Assembly: GCF_009914755.1 (NCBI RefSeq)
Contig: NC_060937.1
From: the human T2T-CHM13v2.0 reference genome, Homo sapiens
Reading direction: 5' to 3' (one strand)
Length of the DNA: 64,000 nucleotides
A program made the translations under genes and the position numbers. The notes under the pieces are model-generated. The model saw nothing but the letters and a program-made list of their open reading frames with translations, searched no databases and was not told where the DNA came from. Shown here piece after piece: positions 40,460-54,598 of this stretch (positions within the stretch are counted from its first letter, which is position 1; the number at the start of each line of letters is the position of its first letter).

Positions 40460-42402
40460 TAATTTAATTCTAAAACAGGCTCCTTATGAATTCTTTGTAT
40501 ACATGTTTAGTGACGACATTAAAAGAAAATTGAATAACTTAAAGAGTCCTCAGAAAGCACACAGATTTTCTACCTTATTTGGCAAGATCCACAGCCCTGA
40601 AGGTGACCAGCAGCTCTGCAGCTATGATACGGAGAGACAAGTTCTTCCGTTGTTTGTTATTAATTTCCCCCTCTTCACAGTGATGTAAAATATCCAGGCA
40701 ACTCAGAACACTATTTATTTTTTAATTTTTATTTTACGAATCACAAACACTCTGTTAGGATCCTGCTTACAATGATTTAACATGCATTGTCAGGTCTCAC
40801 TCTTTTAATGCTTTCAGGAATTTGGCATCTGCCTTTATTAATTCCAAGTTGCAAAAGCATATCTCAACCATCCACATCCTCATCTTCTGGAGTTCAGTAC
40901 ATAATGCCAGGATTTTTTTTTTTTTTTTAAAAGGATGTAGAGAAAAGGAAACATTCCTAATGCTCATTTGGAGAAACATGTAACCAGGGCACACACTTCC
41001 ATGTTCTGAAGACATTCAGGAGCCAGACGGATACTTTAGCTACATGATGTTTGACCAACTGCATCCTTCGAAGAGACTGTAAAATTGCATTTAAGTCTGA
41101 CATCCTCCCAGCTAAAGTGTTGAGTTTATCAAGTAAACAAAAATAAATCAATTACATTTCTACAAAATTACTGAGTGCTTCTGGGTGGTGCGTGGAGGAA
41201 TCAGAATCAGGCTCTCCCCCTTTTCACAGAAAATCTAAGATAATGTCAAAGAAAAACTAAGGACTGCAATTTTTCCAAATAATGCCAAGGAAACAAACTA
41301 GATAGCATTTTTAGTGTAGGCATCCATTTTATTCATTGACATTTTTGCATGCAAGCTTACTTTGGGGTCAAAAGAAGACAGAGAAAAGATAGGAACCAAA
41401 ACTTAATAGGATAAATGAATCTGTCTTTATGTTAGCCCTTCTCTATGCCTAAAATACTTTTTACTGTGGCATCTGGCATGCTTGCATGCATTCATTCGTT
41501 CATTCATTCTGTTGCTGTTCATCCACTTATTTTCTTGCAGAATTAACACTTCAGTAGTGCTGAATATAGCTCTATTGCTGTGTTCCCTTGAGAGCTTCCA
41601 TCTGAAATGAATGAATATCAAGGCCAAATTTGGAACTACAGGGACAGTTTTCAGTTATTCACTTTATATATTGACTGAACCCTGAGTCAAGGTTCCTAGG
41701 TCATTCCATCTAAATTTAGCTTACTTGGATGTATTTGAACTGGATGAGTTGTCATTTCTTCTGAAGACAAATTCTGACAAGACCATTAGTGATGCATGAT
41801 ATTTTATGAAAATAAAATGTTTCAAAAGTAAAGATTCAAACTGTGAAATCCTCAGTAGCCTCAAGGAGCTGTATTTATAATTATTTTAATTAAATTTCAC
41901 AGTCAAGGTATGGAATATAAAATGCATATGAATGCAAATTGTTGCTAGGGAGGTTGGACTGTAGCAGAATATGTTTTGTTGCTTTAATTTTTAATTTTCT
42001 CTCACTAATTTTTCATGTGTTTGGAATGTCAGATCAAATTTTTTTTTTTACGTTGTCTCTGACTCTGATATCCTTATGTGTTGCTTTTCTCTCCTTAAAA
42101 GCTTTTCAACTTGTTTTTCATGGGAACTTTATCTTCTAGATTATGAAGATTTTTGTTGCTCTGATCCCCTCTTATTTAACCCTTTTTATTCTATGTTAGA
42201 TAACTATGAAATAATAAAAAATAAAGGCAAGTTTAACATGAATTTACTGTTTGTTTTTAATGTCTCATGTGGAACGAGTTTAAAGAAAAATTTCAGTAGC
42301 ATTTCAAAATAAATTTACACCGAACAAATTGTCATGTTAAGGGGAAACAATTTAGAATTTATCCTCTTTCTACCTAATGATTAATACCAGGAAAGACTTT
42401 AA

Positions 42403-42600
42403 ACGCCTGTAATCTCAGCACTTTGGGAGGCTGAGGCTGGTGGATCCCCTGAGGTCAGGAGTTCGAGACCAACCTGACCAACATGGCGAAAACTCGTCTC
42501 TACTAAGAATACAAAAATTAGCTGGGTGTGGTGGTGGGCACCTGTAATCCCAGCTACTTTGTGTGAGACTGTCTGAAACAAACAAACAAACAACAACAAA
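42403..42600 (+). mobile_element. AluS with internal deletion of most of the right arm
   Basis: Left arm and linker to CCCAGCTACT, then jumps to GTGAGACTGTC and a (CAAA)n tail. Confidence 0.88.
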
Positions 42601-42749
42601 ATAAACCCTTTAACCTCAAATGCAGAGTATTCCAAAGTTGTGACACTGTATCTATTTAGTACTATCTAATAATAGACACAATTATTATCATCATCCAAGA
42701 GATTTTCTTGTATTGGTTTTTACAAAACAATAAATAACACAAATTTTCA

Positions 42750-43440
42750 TTGTGAGTTGTTGACAATTATTTAGTGTAGTTGTAGACCCAGATGTTAAAT
42801 GTTTGATACAACAGACATACTTCTTGACCTTATTGCTTATAATATAATGAGATATACAGACTTATAGGCAGATGATTATAATACTGTGCAGTGAGTGCAA
42901 TTATTAGGTAAATATGCACCTGAACTATATTTAGGGAACCAGGAAAGGCTTTTGCAGGAAGGGATGCCTATGCTAAAATTTGGAAACTTGGCAGGGATTC
43001 GCTAGAGTAATGAGAAAAGTCGGCTTGAAGATGGAAGAGCGGGGAGGGAAATGGTGTTCTAAATAGAAGGAAGAGCCTGACAAAGTCCTGGATTTTAAAG
43101 AAAGCATGTGTTTGAGGAGCTGAACACAGTTCAAGGCAAGATGTCAAGCAGGACATACTAGAAGTTGATTCTGCAGAGATCTGCAGTGTGTGGAAAATGA
43201 AGGGGCTGATAATGAAGCCATATTAATGAGTTTGGAATTTAACCTGCTGACAGAGCAGAACTATTGATGGTGGTCGGTTGGCCTTGCTAAACAGGATAAT
43301 GGCATGAGGATGACTCTGGCTTCCTTGCTGATAAGCGGTTGAAGGACAAAACAGGGAAAACAAGAAAACCAGTTAGGAAGTAATAAGTTATCCAAGGAAG
43401 GAGCCTTCACTAATGGATAATTTTCCTGGATTAAGAGAGA
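42750..43440 (-). mobile_element. L2 LINE fragment
   Basis: CAGGAAAGGCTTT..GGAAG, TTCTAAATAGAAGGAAGAGC, GAGTTTGGAATTTAACCT, AAACCAGTTAGGAAG motifs. Confidence 0.6.
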
Positions 43441-43454
43441 GGGTTAAATTAAGA

Positions 43455-43615
43455 CTTTTTTTTTGTAAAAAAAATTATTCTGGTAAAATATATACAACAC
43501 AAAATTTGCCCTTTTAGCCTTATTTAAGCATACAATTCAGTGGCATTGATTACATTTATGATGTTGTACAATCATCGCCACTATTTCCAAAAGGTTTTAA
43601 TCACCCCAAACAAGA
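43455..43615 (-). mobile_element. L1M 3' end fragment
   Basis: GTAAAATATATACAACACAAAATTTGCC...TACAATTCAGTGGCATT...ATCACCCCAAA. Confidence 0.8.
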
Positions 43616-44127
43616 AATATTTAAAAGACATTTAACATAGGACTTGGTGACTTACGGGATATAGTGTGGCAGAAGCAGTAAAAAATGATGTCAAAGGCCA
43701 CTTGTTATTACTCTAGCTATCATGGCTTTCAATTTTTTTATTTAATATTTTCTTGAACTTTCTGTGCTGTCACTGTCAACATTTCAAATCCATGTGTTTT
43801 TCAAGTGTCTTTGTAAATCTCCTGTAGGTGGATTTGCTTTTTTTCTCCAACAGTACAACCGTAGCATGTAGTCCATTTATATTTAGTGAAGTATGGATAT
43901 ATTTGAATATATTTCATCATCTTGTATGTGCTTTGATCTTATTTTTGACTTCTAGATATTTTGTAGGGTTTGTTTTTTGACTTTCTTAAAGGCACAGCAA
44001 TTTATTGGAACTTATTTCTCACATTTTACCTTATTTGTGGAGTCTTTTAAAGAGAATATTACTTAGCATATAGCTAGCAAGATTCTGCCAGTTAAGAAAG
44101 TATTCCCATGTGTTTTTTTTTCTTTTC

Positions 44128-44457
<330 letters not shown>

Positions 44458-44890
44458 TTTTTTCAGTTTATTTTTAATCTTTTGCTGTTCATTGGCTCAT
44501 TCTGTGTATAAGCATGTTAAATTTACCCAAATATGAAAATAGCCTCCCCTTGGCCCTGAACTCCTCTACAAGCAACTACCTCATGATTTTATCTCTTTAT
44601 CCTCAAATTCTTTGGAATATAATTTATACTTGTTTCATCCTTACCACCCTTTCACCATAATCTCTTGCAGGATGATTTCTATCCCAACCACTTAAATGAA
44701 ATACCTGGCTGAGAAATCAGTAATTTAGTTATAAGGTAGAGACTCAATGACATTTTTTAACTTCTGGTTTTTAATTTTAACCTGTAGCATTTTGAAAAAT
44801 TTCCAACATGTCTTGAATTTAATTATTCTCTTCACTTTATTTCCAATACTAAGCTTATTTTATTGTAATACAGTTATTTGTACCACCTTA

Positions 44891-45321
<431 letters not shown>

Positions 45322-45764
45322 TCATCTGAAAAAGAAAATATAATAAAATGCTTTATATGAATGTATTAATATGATATAGCCTAGTATTATTAGATTTTAT
45401 TAAAATGCAGACAAAATAGGAATTTAGCTAAATTTTAGAGGCTAAATTTGTGGAAGAGAAATACAGAAATCTGTAGATCCAAGTGAACACGTGGACTTAC
45501 TGAAAATTTCTTCTATGACATTTTTCATAACTTAAGCTTGATTAGGAAACATTTTTAATACCTTGAGTTATTTCTATTATTTATTACTACTATTGTACTG
45601 AAGCCTATGTCATAGATCATTTCCATACATATCTCACTTTTATGGCGGCAGAAATTTTAGCATTTATGTATATACCCCTAGAGCACAATGCCTTGAAAAT
45701 AATTGTTGGCTTGCATTTATATTACTTTATTTATTACAATTACTTAAATTATTAATTAATGAAA

Positions 45765-45920
45765 GTATTATATACATATAATACATATGTGTGTATATAT
45801 ATACACACTATATACAAATACACACTATATATATTACATATATATAAATATATATATTACATATATATAAATATATATATATAACATATATATATATATA
45901 TATATATGCACACACACACA
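45765..45920. repeat. (TA)n-rich low-complexity tract
   Basis: Degenerate TA run. Confidence 0.9.
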
Positions 45921-46412
45921 TGTATTTATGAGTACTCTGTAAAGAATAATTCCTGGTCCCTCTGTGGCATTTAAAAGTATAATTCATCAACTAAATAATT
46001 AGTTGCCTTAATATGAGTTTATTCCAACTAGCTGTCTAATTTGTTGAACTGTGCCGACTTAGAGCTCTGTTGATTGGAGTTACAGGGTAGTTGTGAACAT
46101 AAACTTGCCATTTGGATTGTTTACTCTACTAACTGCTCCAAATCTGCATGATCACTAAAGGGCTACTAAGGCAGTTTTTTATTTAGCAGCTTATTTCTTT
46201 TACACCAGTGTAACCTCTTGCTTTTGAAGACTGCAAAGCCCTAGGTTCTTGCAGACTCTTTCTGAGAACAGTATAGGCCAAAAATGAAAGACGGTGTGGG
46301 ATTCTTGAAGGCAGACTATCCTTTTGAAACTGAGACTTCTAACAACCAATTCCAAGAGGGAAATTAGGTCAGTAACCTAATTATCTATGACAAAACAAGT
46401 TCAAAAGAATTG

Positions 46413-46930
46413 CTGTGTTGGACCATACTCAGACTTGATGACTCACTAAAAAGACACACAAGACTCAGAAGTCCTTATAGTCATAGTTTTGATTTTTTTT
46501 TCAACAAGAAGATACAAAGCAGTAACAGTAAAGGGGAAAGCCACATGAGGTGTAGTCTGAAGGACATAGGTGCAAGTATCCAAGTCCTCTCTCAGCAGTC
46601 TCACAGGACAAAATTGATTCCTCCGGTAAGTTGGGATAGCATGTGCAAAGTGTTGCCTGCCTAGGAAGCCCATCTGAGCCTATGTACATAGTGTCTACAT
46701 AACTGATTTCAGTCACTGAAGCTATAGACTTCCAGAAGAAAAGCAATTGTTGACCATAAATCCCACTGTTTGTTTAAACTATCTTGACATAATGGTATAG
46801 TATGGATAAAGGTCTCAATTCCAATAACTCAGTTTCCAAGAACTGGCCAAAGACCAGTCATGAAATTAGGTCCTTGGGAATGTGCAGGATTTGAGGACAT
46901 CAAGTCTGCTCAGCTAACTCATTCCTGAAC
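46413..46930 (-). mobile_element. MER68/MER77/MER21-family ERVL solo LTR
   Basis: TCACTAAAAAGACACACAAGACTCAGAAG; GGAATGTGCAGGATTTGAG...GCTAACTCATTCCTGAACA end. Confidence 0.6.
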
Positions 46931-47267
46931 AACAGCATTTTTTTTTTCCATATTCTAAAGCCTAAGAAAATCTCTGTCTTCCCAGGAGCAACCTAGTCTT
47001 CTCAAATCCCAGAACCACTCCCCTTACATGAAGCCTTCTAAAGAGGTTCTGAGCATTTTGTTTTGTTTTGGTTTGCTTTCACAAAAATTTACTAAACCTA
47101 GATTGTATGATTTAGTAATTAAAAATTCTGATAAGAACATTTGGATTATCTTATAGCTGAGGTTTCAATGATAGAAATGTTTTAAGAGATTGCACCTACG
47201 AGGCACAACACAACTTGCCTAAGAGAGCTCCAGGAATATTATGGGCTGGATAGATCTCTTTCATGGT

Positions 47268-47705
47268 TGTATTACCTAGGGTAAAACTAGACTACTTTAA
47301 CAAGGAGACCCAACAACAATGGACTTGGAAAAGAAGAGTATATGTCTCTCTTGTGTTACATTTGAAGTGAGTGGTTAGGTCTGTGGGTGAATTTGCCTTA
47401 CGAAGTCATTCCAGAATGAAGTTTCCTTCCTTTGTTTTGTGCCATCATTCAATAAATTGCCATCTTCTCCATAGCCAAAACTACATCATCATGAGTTCTG
47501 GATGGCAGGAAGGGGAGAGAGTACAGGAGGTATATCACTGTCTTGGGGACCAGGTCTGGAAGTTGTAAGCATCACTTTCAACTCCCTCCACTGAGGAAAC
47601 ATAATCGCATGAATATACTTAACATTAATAGAGGACAGAATATGTAGCTTACCTACGTGCTCAAAAAGAAGAGAAGAATGTATCATGAGTCAACCTTCAG
47701 TCTCT
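47268..47705 (-). mobile_element. Old MLT1-type LTR
   Basis: TGTATTACCTAGGGTAAAACTAG start and CATCACTTTCAACTC motif; highly diverged. Confidence 0.4.
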
Positions 47706-49220
47706 ACCTCATGTAAGATACATATTATTTGACCACAAATTAATAAATTGCATGTTAACTAAAAGATCATAAAGCGGTATTAACCCATTAGTTTTCAATG
47801 TAAATCAGTAACAAAACAGGAATTACTTTACAGGAATTCACTTCAAGGTAAACTTTTTGAGAACATTTCTTTTGGATAAAAAATAAAAGGATCTCTACAT
47901 TTCTTTGAAATGTATTTAGGGATTTACATGTGAGAAGTATTTATTCAGAAATCAGTATCTATCTAAATGTAGAAGTGGTTTAACATAATATTTGTAAATA
48001 CTCAATAAATGTTAAAAATATAAGGCTACACAAATAAAATAAAAGACATAGATAATAAGCAGTCTTTGTGAATTAACAAACCAAATGGCTTTTAAAAACA
48101 GAACTCTCACACCTTGCCCTGTCTGGGCACCTAGAACTTTCTAAATTTTATTTTTTCAAGTTAACCCTCTTAAAAGTGGCAGATTAAACAAAGCACACTG
48201 AAACTATGCAATTGCGTAGATTAATTTCAGACCCAGTTTTAACTTCTTGTACTATTGTTTCTCAAACTGAGTGAAAAATTGCCTGAAAATGACGTTTGAT
48301 TTTTGTCAGGAAAATCACTTTTTAATGAGCATTTATATAGTGTATTAAAAGTCCAACACTTCAAAGGAATTTTATTTCAGTATTGTTGTTTATGAGGTGC
48401 TTACAACATAGATGATGTCCATTACTAAGTGCTTTTATTTTATACATATTTTTCAACATTTCACATATAGATTTTTCCGGACAATACAAATGGCTGTGTT
48501 TTCTCATTAATATACAAGCTTTTCTTTTGATCTTGAAAGTATAGCAAGGAGTGCATTTTGTGGAATCTTGCTGACTCTTCATTAAGGAATTTGAGGGCAA
48601 TTTAGGCATAAAGTATTCTGGAGCTTTCAGCAGTCACTGAATGTCAACCAGATCCCAGGGTCCCATTACATCTCCCAGACGAATTGCTGAATTATTGAAC
48701 ACACGTGAACACTATGCAATCTTGATTAGAGAATTGTTAATCAACCCATCATGGTATATAAGTCAAAAACCAATTAGAAATCTGTGATTGGAATGTATGA
48801 TGAAGAAACAATTAATTGCCTAGTTTAAGAAAAAAGGGAAAGGCAATCATAGTGAATTATTTGCTCTTTCCTGTACTCCACAAATTCTTGTAATCATTAA
48901 TTCTCCAATATTACTAGATTTATAAATTTTTAAAAATGGTTTGTGATAAAAAGTATATTCATCTCCAAGCAAATACTTTACTTGTCACTACAGCTTATTT
49001 AAAATACCATTGTTCCAGCCCTCATCCTGGATTTTATTGTTTTCTTCCCCTAAAATAAATTATGTATGATGTTTTAGGAAGGCTTTGAAGTTCAATCATT
49101 TTTGGCAAAAGAGTAGTACTTTGCAAATAGTTAAATTAGAATTCTGTCTGTAGTTTATCCCTTTGAAACATTTCTGCATCAGAGAGATCTGAAAAATAAA
49201 TGAGCAGCCGTATTCACTAG

Positions 49221-49480
<260 letters not shown>

Positions 49481-49721
49481 TAAGATAGGACTGGAAAAAA
49501 AAGAAAATATAATATTAGGTTATTAATCAGTAATATAAAAGAGTTAGAAACTCAAGTAAATGCTATCTGATGTGAAAACAAAAAGGAGGAAACTGCAACT
49601 TTTAATTCAAGAAGGAAGAAGTTTTAAAAATAAAAATTTTCAAAGCTATTTTAAGAAGGTATTAAACCTTTTAGTTACTTGGTCTGGGACCCTAACTTGG
49701 ACCAACCATTACTCTTTTCTT

Positions 49722-50190
49722 TTATCTTTCTTTTTTTTATTATTATTATGCTTTAAGTTCTAGGGTACATGTACACAACGTGCAGGTTTGTTACATATGT
49801 ATACATGTGCCATGTTGGTGTGCTGCACCCATTAACTCGTCATTTACATTAGGTATTTCTCCTAATGCTATCCCTTTCCCTTCCCCCAACTCCACGACAG
49901 GCCCCGGTGTGTGATGTTCCCCACCCTTTGTCCAAGTGTTCTCATTGTTCAATTCCCACCTATGAGTGAGACCATGTGGTGTTTGGTTTTCTGTCTTTGC
50001 AATAGTTTGCCCAGAATGATGGTTCCCAGCTTCATCCATGTCCGTACAAAGGACATGAACTCATCCTTTTTTATGGCTGCATAGTGTTCCATGGTGTATA
50101 TGTGCCACATTTTCTTAATCCAGTCTATCATTTGTGGACATTTGGGTTGGTTCCAAATCTTTGCTATTGTGAATAGTGCTGCAATAAACA
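49722..50190 (-). mobile_element. 5'-truncated L1PA with TSD
   Basis: Antisense L1PA 3'UTR and ORF2 C-terminus (MFIAALFTIAKIWNQPKCP); TSD TACTCTTTTCTT at 49710-49721 and 50191-50202. Confidence 0.95.
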
Positions 50191-51289
50191 TACTCTTTTC
50201 TTATATTTTTATAAACTTGTAGAATGAGGATGAGGTTTTCTGCTGCAAAGTGCTCAGGTCTACAATGTCCTTTCCATATTTTTTAGAGTATGACAGTTCT
50301 TATTAACTATTAGGATCTGGTGTCCACATCCTACATATTTAATACTGCCTCTGTTTGTTTATTTGAAGGGTGATATTACAAGGGGATTATCTTACTTTGC
50401 TTTTCTTCCCTTTGTTTTATTTTGGGGGAGTTTTTTTTCACTTTCCTCAAGAATGGTATGACTGCCGTCTTGACCATGAAGAAATCCTAAGTCTGGTAGT
50501 ACGGTACAATGTAAATATCACTTGCAAATACTTTATAAGCAATTACTCCACATGCGCTTTGCCCCATTCAAAGTTTTGACTTTGGGAGGTTGTTTAAATT
50601 TTCATTTTTTAAATATTGCTGTTATATTTTTAGAATTTCTGTCAAATCTTAAGGGAAAATATATTTTGAATAATTATAATCATTAACAAATATTTTTGAC
50701 TTTGTATGTAGATTTGATGTTCTGAAACTTCCAAAGTTTTAATGGCCATATCCAGCTATGTGGAAAATGTATCTGGATAATAATAGTTTGAGCAAGACCA
50801 CAAATCTAATAAGATTTGGTAAAAAGAGAAATTGGGCAACTTTTTTGTCCTTTGAAAATAAAGTAATATGAGAAAAAATGTAAAGCTCTCTTTCCTGTTT
50901 TACCCTACTCTTCCCCAAGACCAGCTCAATTACTTTTAATGATTGTGCTCTGGAGAAGAGCAACATATTCAGGCTCATTATCTACTAGTGGCAACTTCAA
51001 TTCTGCTTACGATGGCTGGCATTAGAGAAATAATAATTTCTATTTAGGAAGAAGACTTTTGTTTAACATATTGCCTATATTCTAGTCTCCCTAAGAGAAT
51101 GGAAAACGACAGAAAAAAAAAATTTCAATCTCAGACATAAAAATAAGAACAGACTTTTTTTCCTTCTCCCTCTAATGGAAGAGACTGATAATAAGGCAGA
51201 AAATTTTCTATTTCAGTCCAACACAGTAGAGCCTCAAATTGTCTATGAAATTGTGTGTAGTTATTTAAATTCATTAAAGTTTTTATCCA

Positions 51290-51459
51290 TTTTAATTGAT
51301 AAATAAAATTATATATATTTTGTACATTATGTTTTCAAATATGTAAACATTGTGGAATGGCTAAATTGAGCTGATTTAATGTATGCATTTCATCACATAC
51401 TTACTATTTTTTGTGGTGACAACACTTAAAATGCACCCTTTTACCAATTATCAAGACTT
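51290..51459 (-). mobile_element. L1MA 3' end fragment, interrupted by a Tigger
   Basis: TTTAATTGATAAATAAAATTATATATATTT...CATTGTGGAATGGCTAAATTGAGCT. Confidence 0.8.
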
Positions 51460-51908
51460 CAGTTGACCCTTGAACAACATGGGTTTGAATTCTGCAGGCG
51501 CTTTACACGCAGATTCTCTTCCACCTCTGCCTGCCCTGAGACATCAAGACCAACACCTCCTCTTTCTCTTCAGCCTAATCAACAAGAAGATAATGAGGAT
51601 GAAGACCTTTATAACTATCTACTTCCACTTAATGAATAGTAAATATATTTCCTTATGATTTTCTTAATAACATTTTCTTTTCTCTAGCTTACTTTATTGT
51701 AAGAACACTGTAGATACTGTATATAATACATATAACATACAAAATATGTGTTCATCGACCATTTATGTTATTGGTAAGGCTTCTTGTCAACAGTAGGCTA
51801 TTAGTAAGGCTATTAGTTAAGTTTGGAGAGAGTCAAAAATTATATTTGGATTTTCAGCTGCATGGATGGCTAGCACCTCCAACTCTTACATTCTTCGAGG
51901 GTCAACTG
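51460..51908. mobile_element. Tigger2a/MER28-like DNA transposon
   Basis: TIRs CAGTTGACCCTTGAA ... TTCGAGGGTCAACTG followed by TA. Confidence 0.88.
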
Positions 51909-52559
51909 TACGTTGTTATTAACTGTTAATTGTGCACAGTCCTTTCCAAGAGCTGTGAAGCTTTACTTATCTAAAAGCACTTAGCCATGTATTTGACCAA
52001 CTGAGCTTGGAATATGCTACTTCTTCCTCCACCCATTGCTCTTGTCTAGGAGTACTTTATTGTCTATAAAACAGTATCCTATAATGGTAGGCAATCCTAA
52101 GACACAGTTCTAGCCTTATTAGTTTAAAATCTGAAATTGTCCCCCTTTGTATACAGAGGATTTTTAAACTTAAATGCATGTAAGGGGAAAATTTGTAATA
52201 TAAATGCATTATTTTGGCCCAGATATAATAAGGAGTGGAAGAAGTATCCAATATAAAGAAAGAATGCTCCAATTAATATTCAAATTCATCTTAAAGTAGA
52301 AAAGCATTCACCTATCCCTGTGTGTATACATGTTTGCATGTGCGGAATCTGAGCTGTGTTCCTGCCCGTGACTCCACCTTTGAAGATGTTGTATAGAGTT
52401 ATCCAATCACTCATTTGTTTGTTATACACAATTGTCATGATCTTCATATCTTAGCTCTGTGCACACTGCCTAGACTATTTTTTCCATTCTTTTCTGTGCT
52501 CCAACCATAGTGTATAGGGGGCAACTGTGCTATTCTAAATATATAACCTAACTTATGCC

Positions 52560-52920
52560 TCTGTGAATTTGCTTCTGAATTCTCTTTGTCATGAATATCC
52601 TTTCTTACCTTGTCTGTTTTTCCTGTCTTGAAAAACTGTTATTGTTTTATTTAATTGGCAAAATCTCCTATATGCAGTTTTCCCCAATTCTTCCCCCAAC
52701 CCTCAAAATGTTAGCTATTTACTCCTCTTTGCAGGTGATTCTGTGCATAAATCTGTGTTGTCATACTACATTCTAGCTTATCGTTTGTATTTGAATATTG
52801 GTATCTTCCAGCAACTTGGGTACGAAGGAATGTGCCAAATCTTTGAAACCCTAGGAACAATAAAAATGCTTAGCATATAGTAGGTATTTAATAAGTGTAT
52901 CAGGATGAGGGAATAAAGGA
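52560..52920 (+). mobile_element. L2 3' end
   Basis: AATGCTTAGCATATAGTAGGTATTTAATAAGTGT terminal motif. Confidence 0.55.
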
Positions 52921-53394
52921 AAAAAGAAGAGAGGGTGAATGAGAGGGGGTTGGTTGGGGAATACATAGGTGATGACACTTATTACCTTAGATAAGTTACT
53001 ACCTCCTTTCTTTTCAGTTTTTTGAAGGAAAAATAATACCTGTCTAGCAGGTTTGTTCTAAGATTCTAAAGAAAAGTAAAAGGAAAACACTGGAAATGGC
53101 CAGATAGTTTACTTCACTAGATAAAACTTTATCTAACCTTCATTTACTATTCAATGTGTAAGCAAAAAATAGAGTGCTTTGTGATGAGGCCAGTTAACGT
53201 AATGGACCTGAACCAGTGCCAATAATGAGTTTTATGCTCCTGCTGTGTTGACCAGCTTTCATGCATGAAAACCTTATGAGGCACAAGCAGCTAATCTTAA
53301 AATGCATTTTGTTGATGCTTTTAAGTAAGAAAAACATAAGAATCACACCAGTTAATATATATCAAGACCCAAGTTGTATTAAAATTGAAGTTCA

Positions 53395-53698
53395 GGCCGG
53401 CATGTTGGCTCACACCTGTAATCCCAGCACTTTTGGGAGGCCCAGGTGGGTGGATCACAAGGTCAGGAGTTCGAGATCAGTCTGGCCAATATGGTGAAAT
53501 CCCGTCTCTACTAAAAATACAAAAATTAGCCAGGCATGGTGGCATGTGCCTGTAATCCCAGCTCCTCTGGAGGCTGAGGCAGGAGAATAGCTTGAACTTG
53601 TGAGGTGGACATTGTGGTGAGCCTAGATCATGCCACTGCACTCCAGTCTGAGCAACAGAGCGAGACTCCATCTCAAAAAAAAAAAAAAAAAAAAAAAA
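53395..53698 (+). mobile_element. AluS (Sg-like) with TSD
   Basis: GGATCACAAGGTCAGGAGTTCGAGA; flanks AAAAT(T)GAAGTTCA on both sides. Confidence 0.94.
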
Positions 53699-54238
53699 TG
53701 AAGTTCAATGTACACAGCCTTAACATTTCCTTAAAGTTGAACTTTGTGTTCAAAGATTTTTTAAAAAGAGAGATTTCTATTGAACTTTGAACTGACTATA
53801 ATAAATACCAGGTAAAATAAACACTTTCTGGGTTCATCATTATTATGGATATTTGATTATCTAGAGAACAACTATTTTGTGAATGGAAATAAATAGGAAT
53901 ATTTTATTTTATCCTAGTAGAGTTAATCTAGAGAGTTCATTCATTGCTTCAGAACAATTTCACAAACTTAATGTATCATAGATCTCAAAATTTTCCTAAT
54001 GACATATTGATAATAGTTTATAAATGTTCTAATTTCAGCTAGGAGGAGTATCAAAGAAATGCGCTCCAGTCAGCTTTTAAAATATCTTGATGACACTTCC
54101 AAGGTACCATATAGTACCTCAATTTCTTTAGTCTCACAAAAGGAAAGTGTCGCACTGAGGCAGCTTATGCACACTTCACTTTCACAAATCTAGGAACAGC
54201 ATTCAGCATTTCTGAAAGGAAAAATTAAGATTAATCTC

Positions 54239-54598
54239 TTTATTAGTCTGTTTTCATACTGCTATAAAGAACTGCCGGAGACTAGGTAATTTATAAAGAA
54301 AGAGATTTAATTGACTCATAGTTCAGCATGGCTGGGGAAGCCTCAAGAAATTTAACAATCTTGGTGGAAGGTGAAGGGGAAGCAGGCACTTTCCTCACAG
54401 GGTGGCAGGAAGGAGAATTGCCAAGTGAAGGAGGAAGAGCCCCTTAGAAAACCATCCGATTTCATGGGAACTCACTCACTATCACCCCCATGATTCAATT
54501 ACCTCCACCTGGTCTCTCCCATTGACACATGGGGGAAAATATGGGGATTTACAATTCGAGATGATATCTGAGTGGGGACAAAAAGGCTAACCATATCA
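54239..54598 (-). mobile_element. THE1D-like MaLR solo LTR
   Basis: TATTAGTCTGTTTTCATACTGCTATAAAG...GGCTAACCATATCA; TSD ATCTC at 54234-54238 and 54599-54603. Confidence 0.92.

Noticed and set aside
49949-50191. ORF resembling the L1 ORF2 C-terminus (similar at 31794-31991)
   Set aside because: Truncated retrotransposon remnants, not independent genes.
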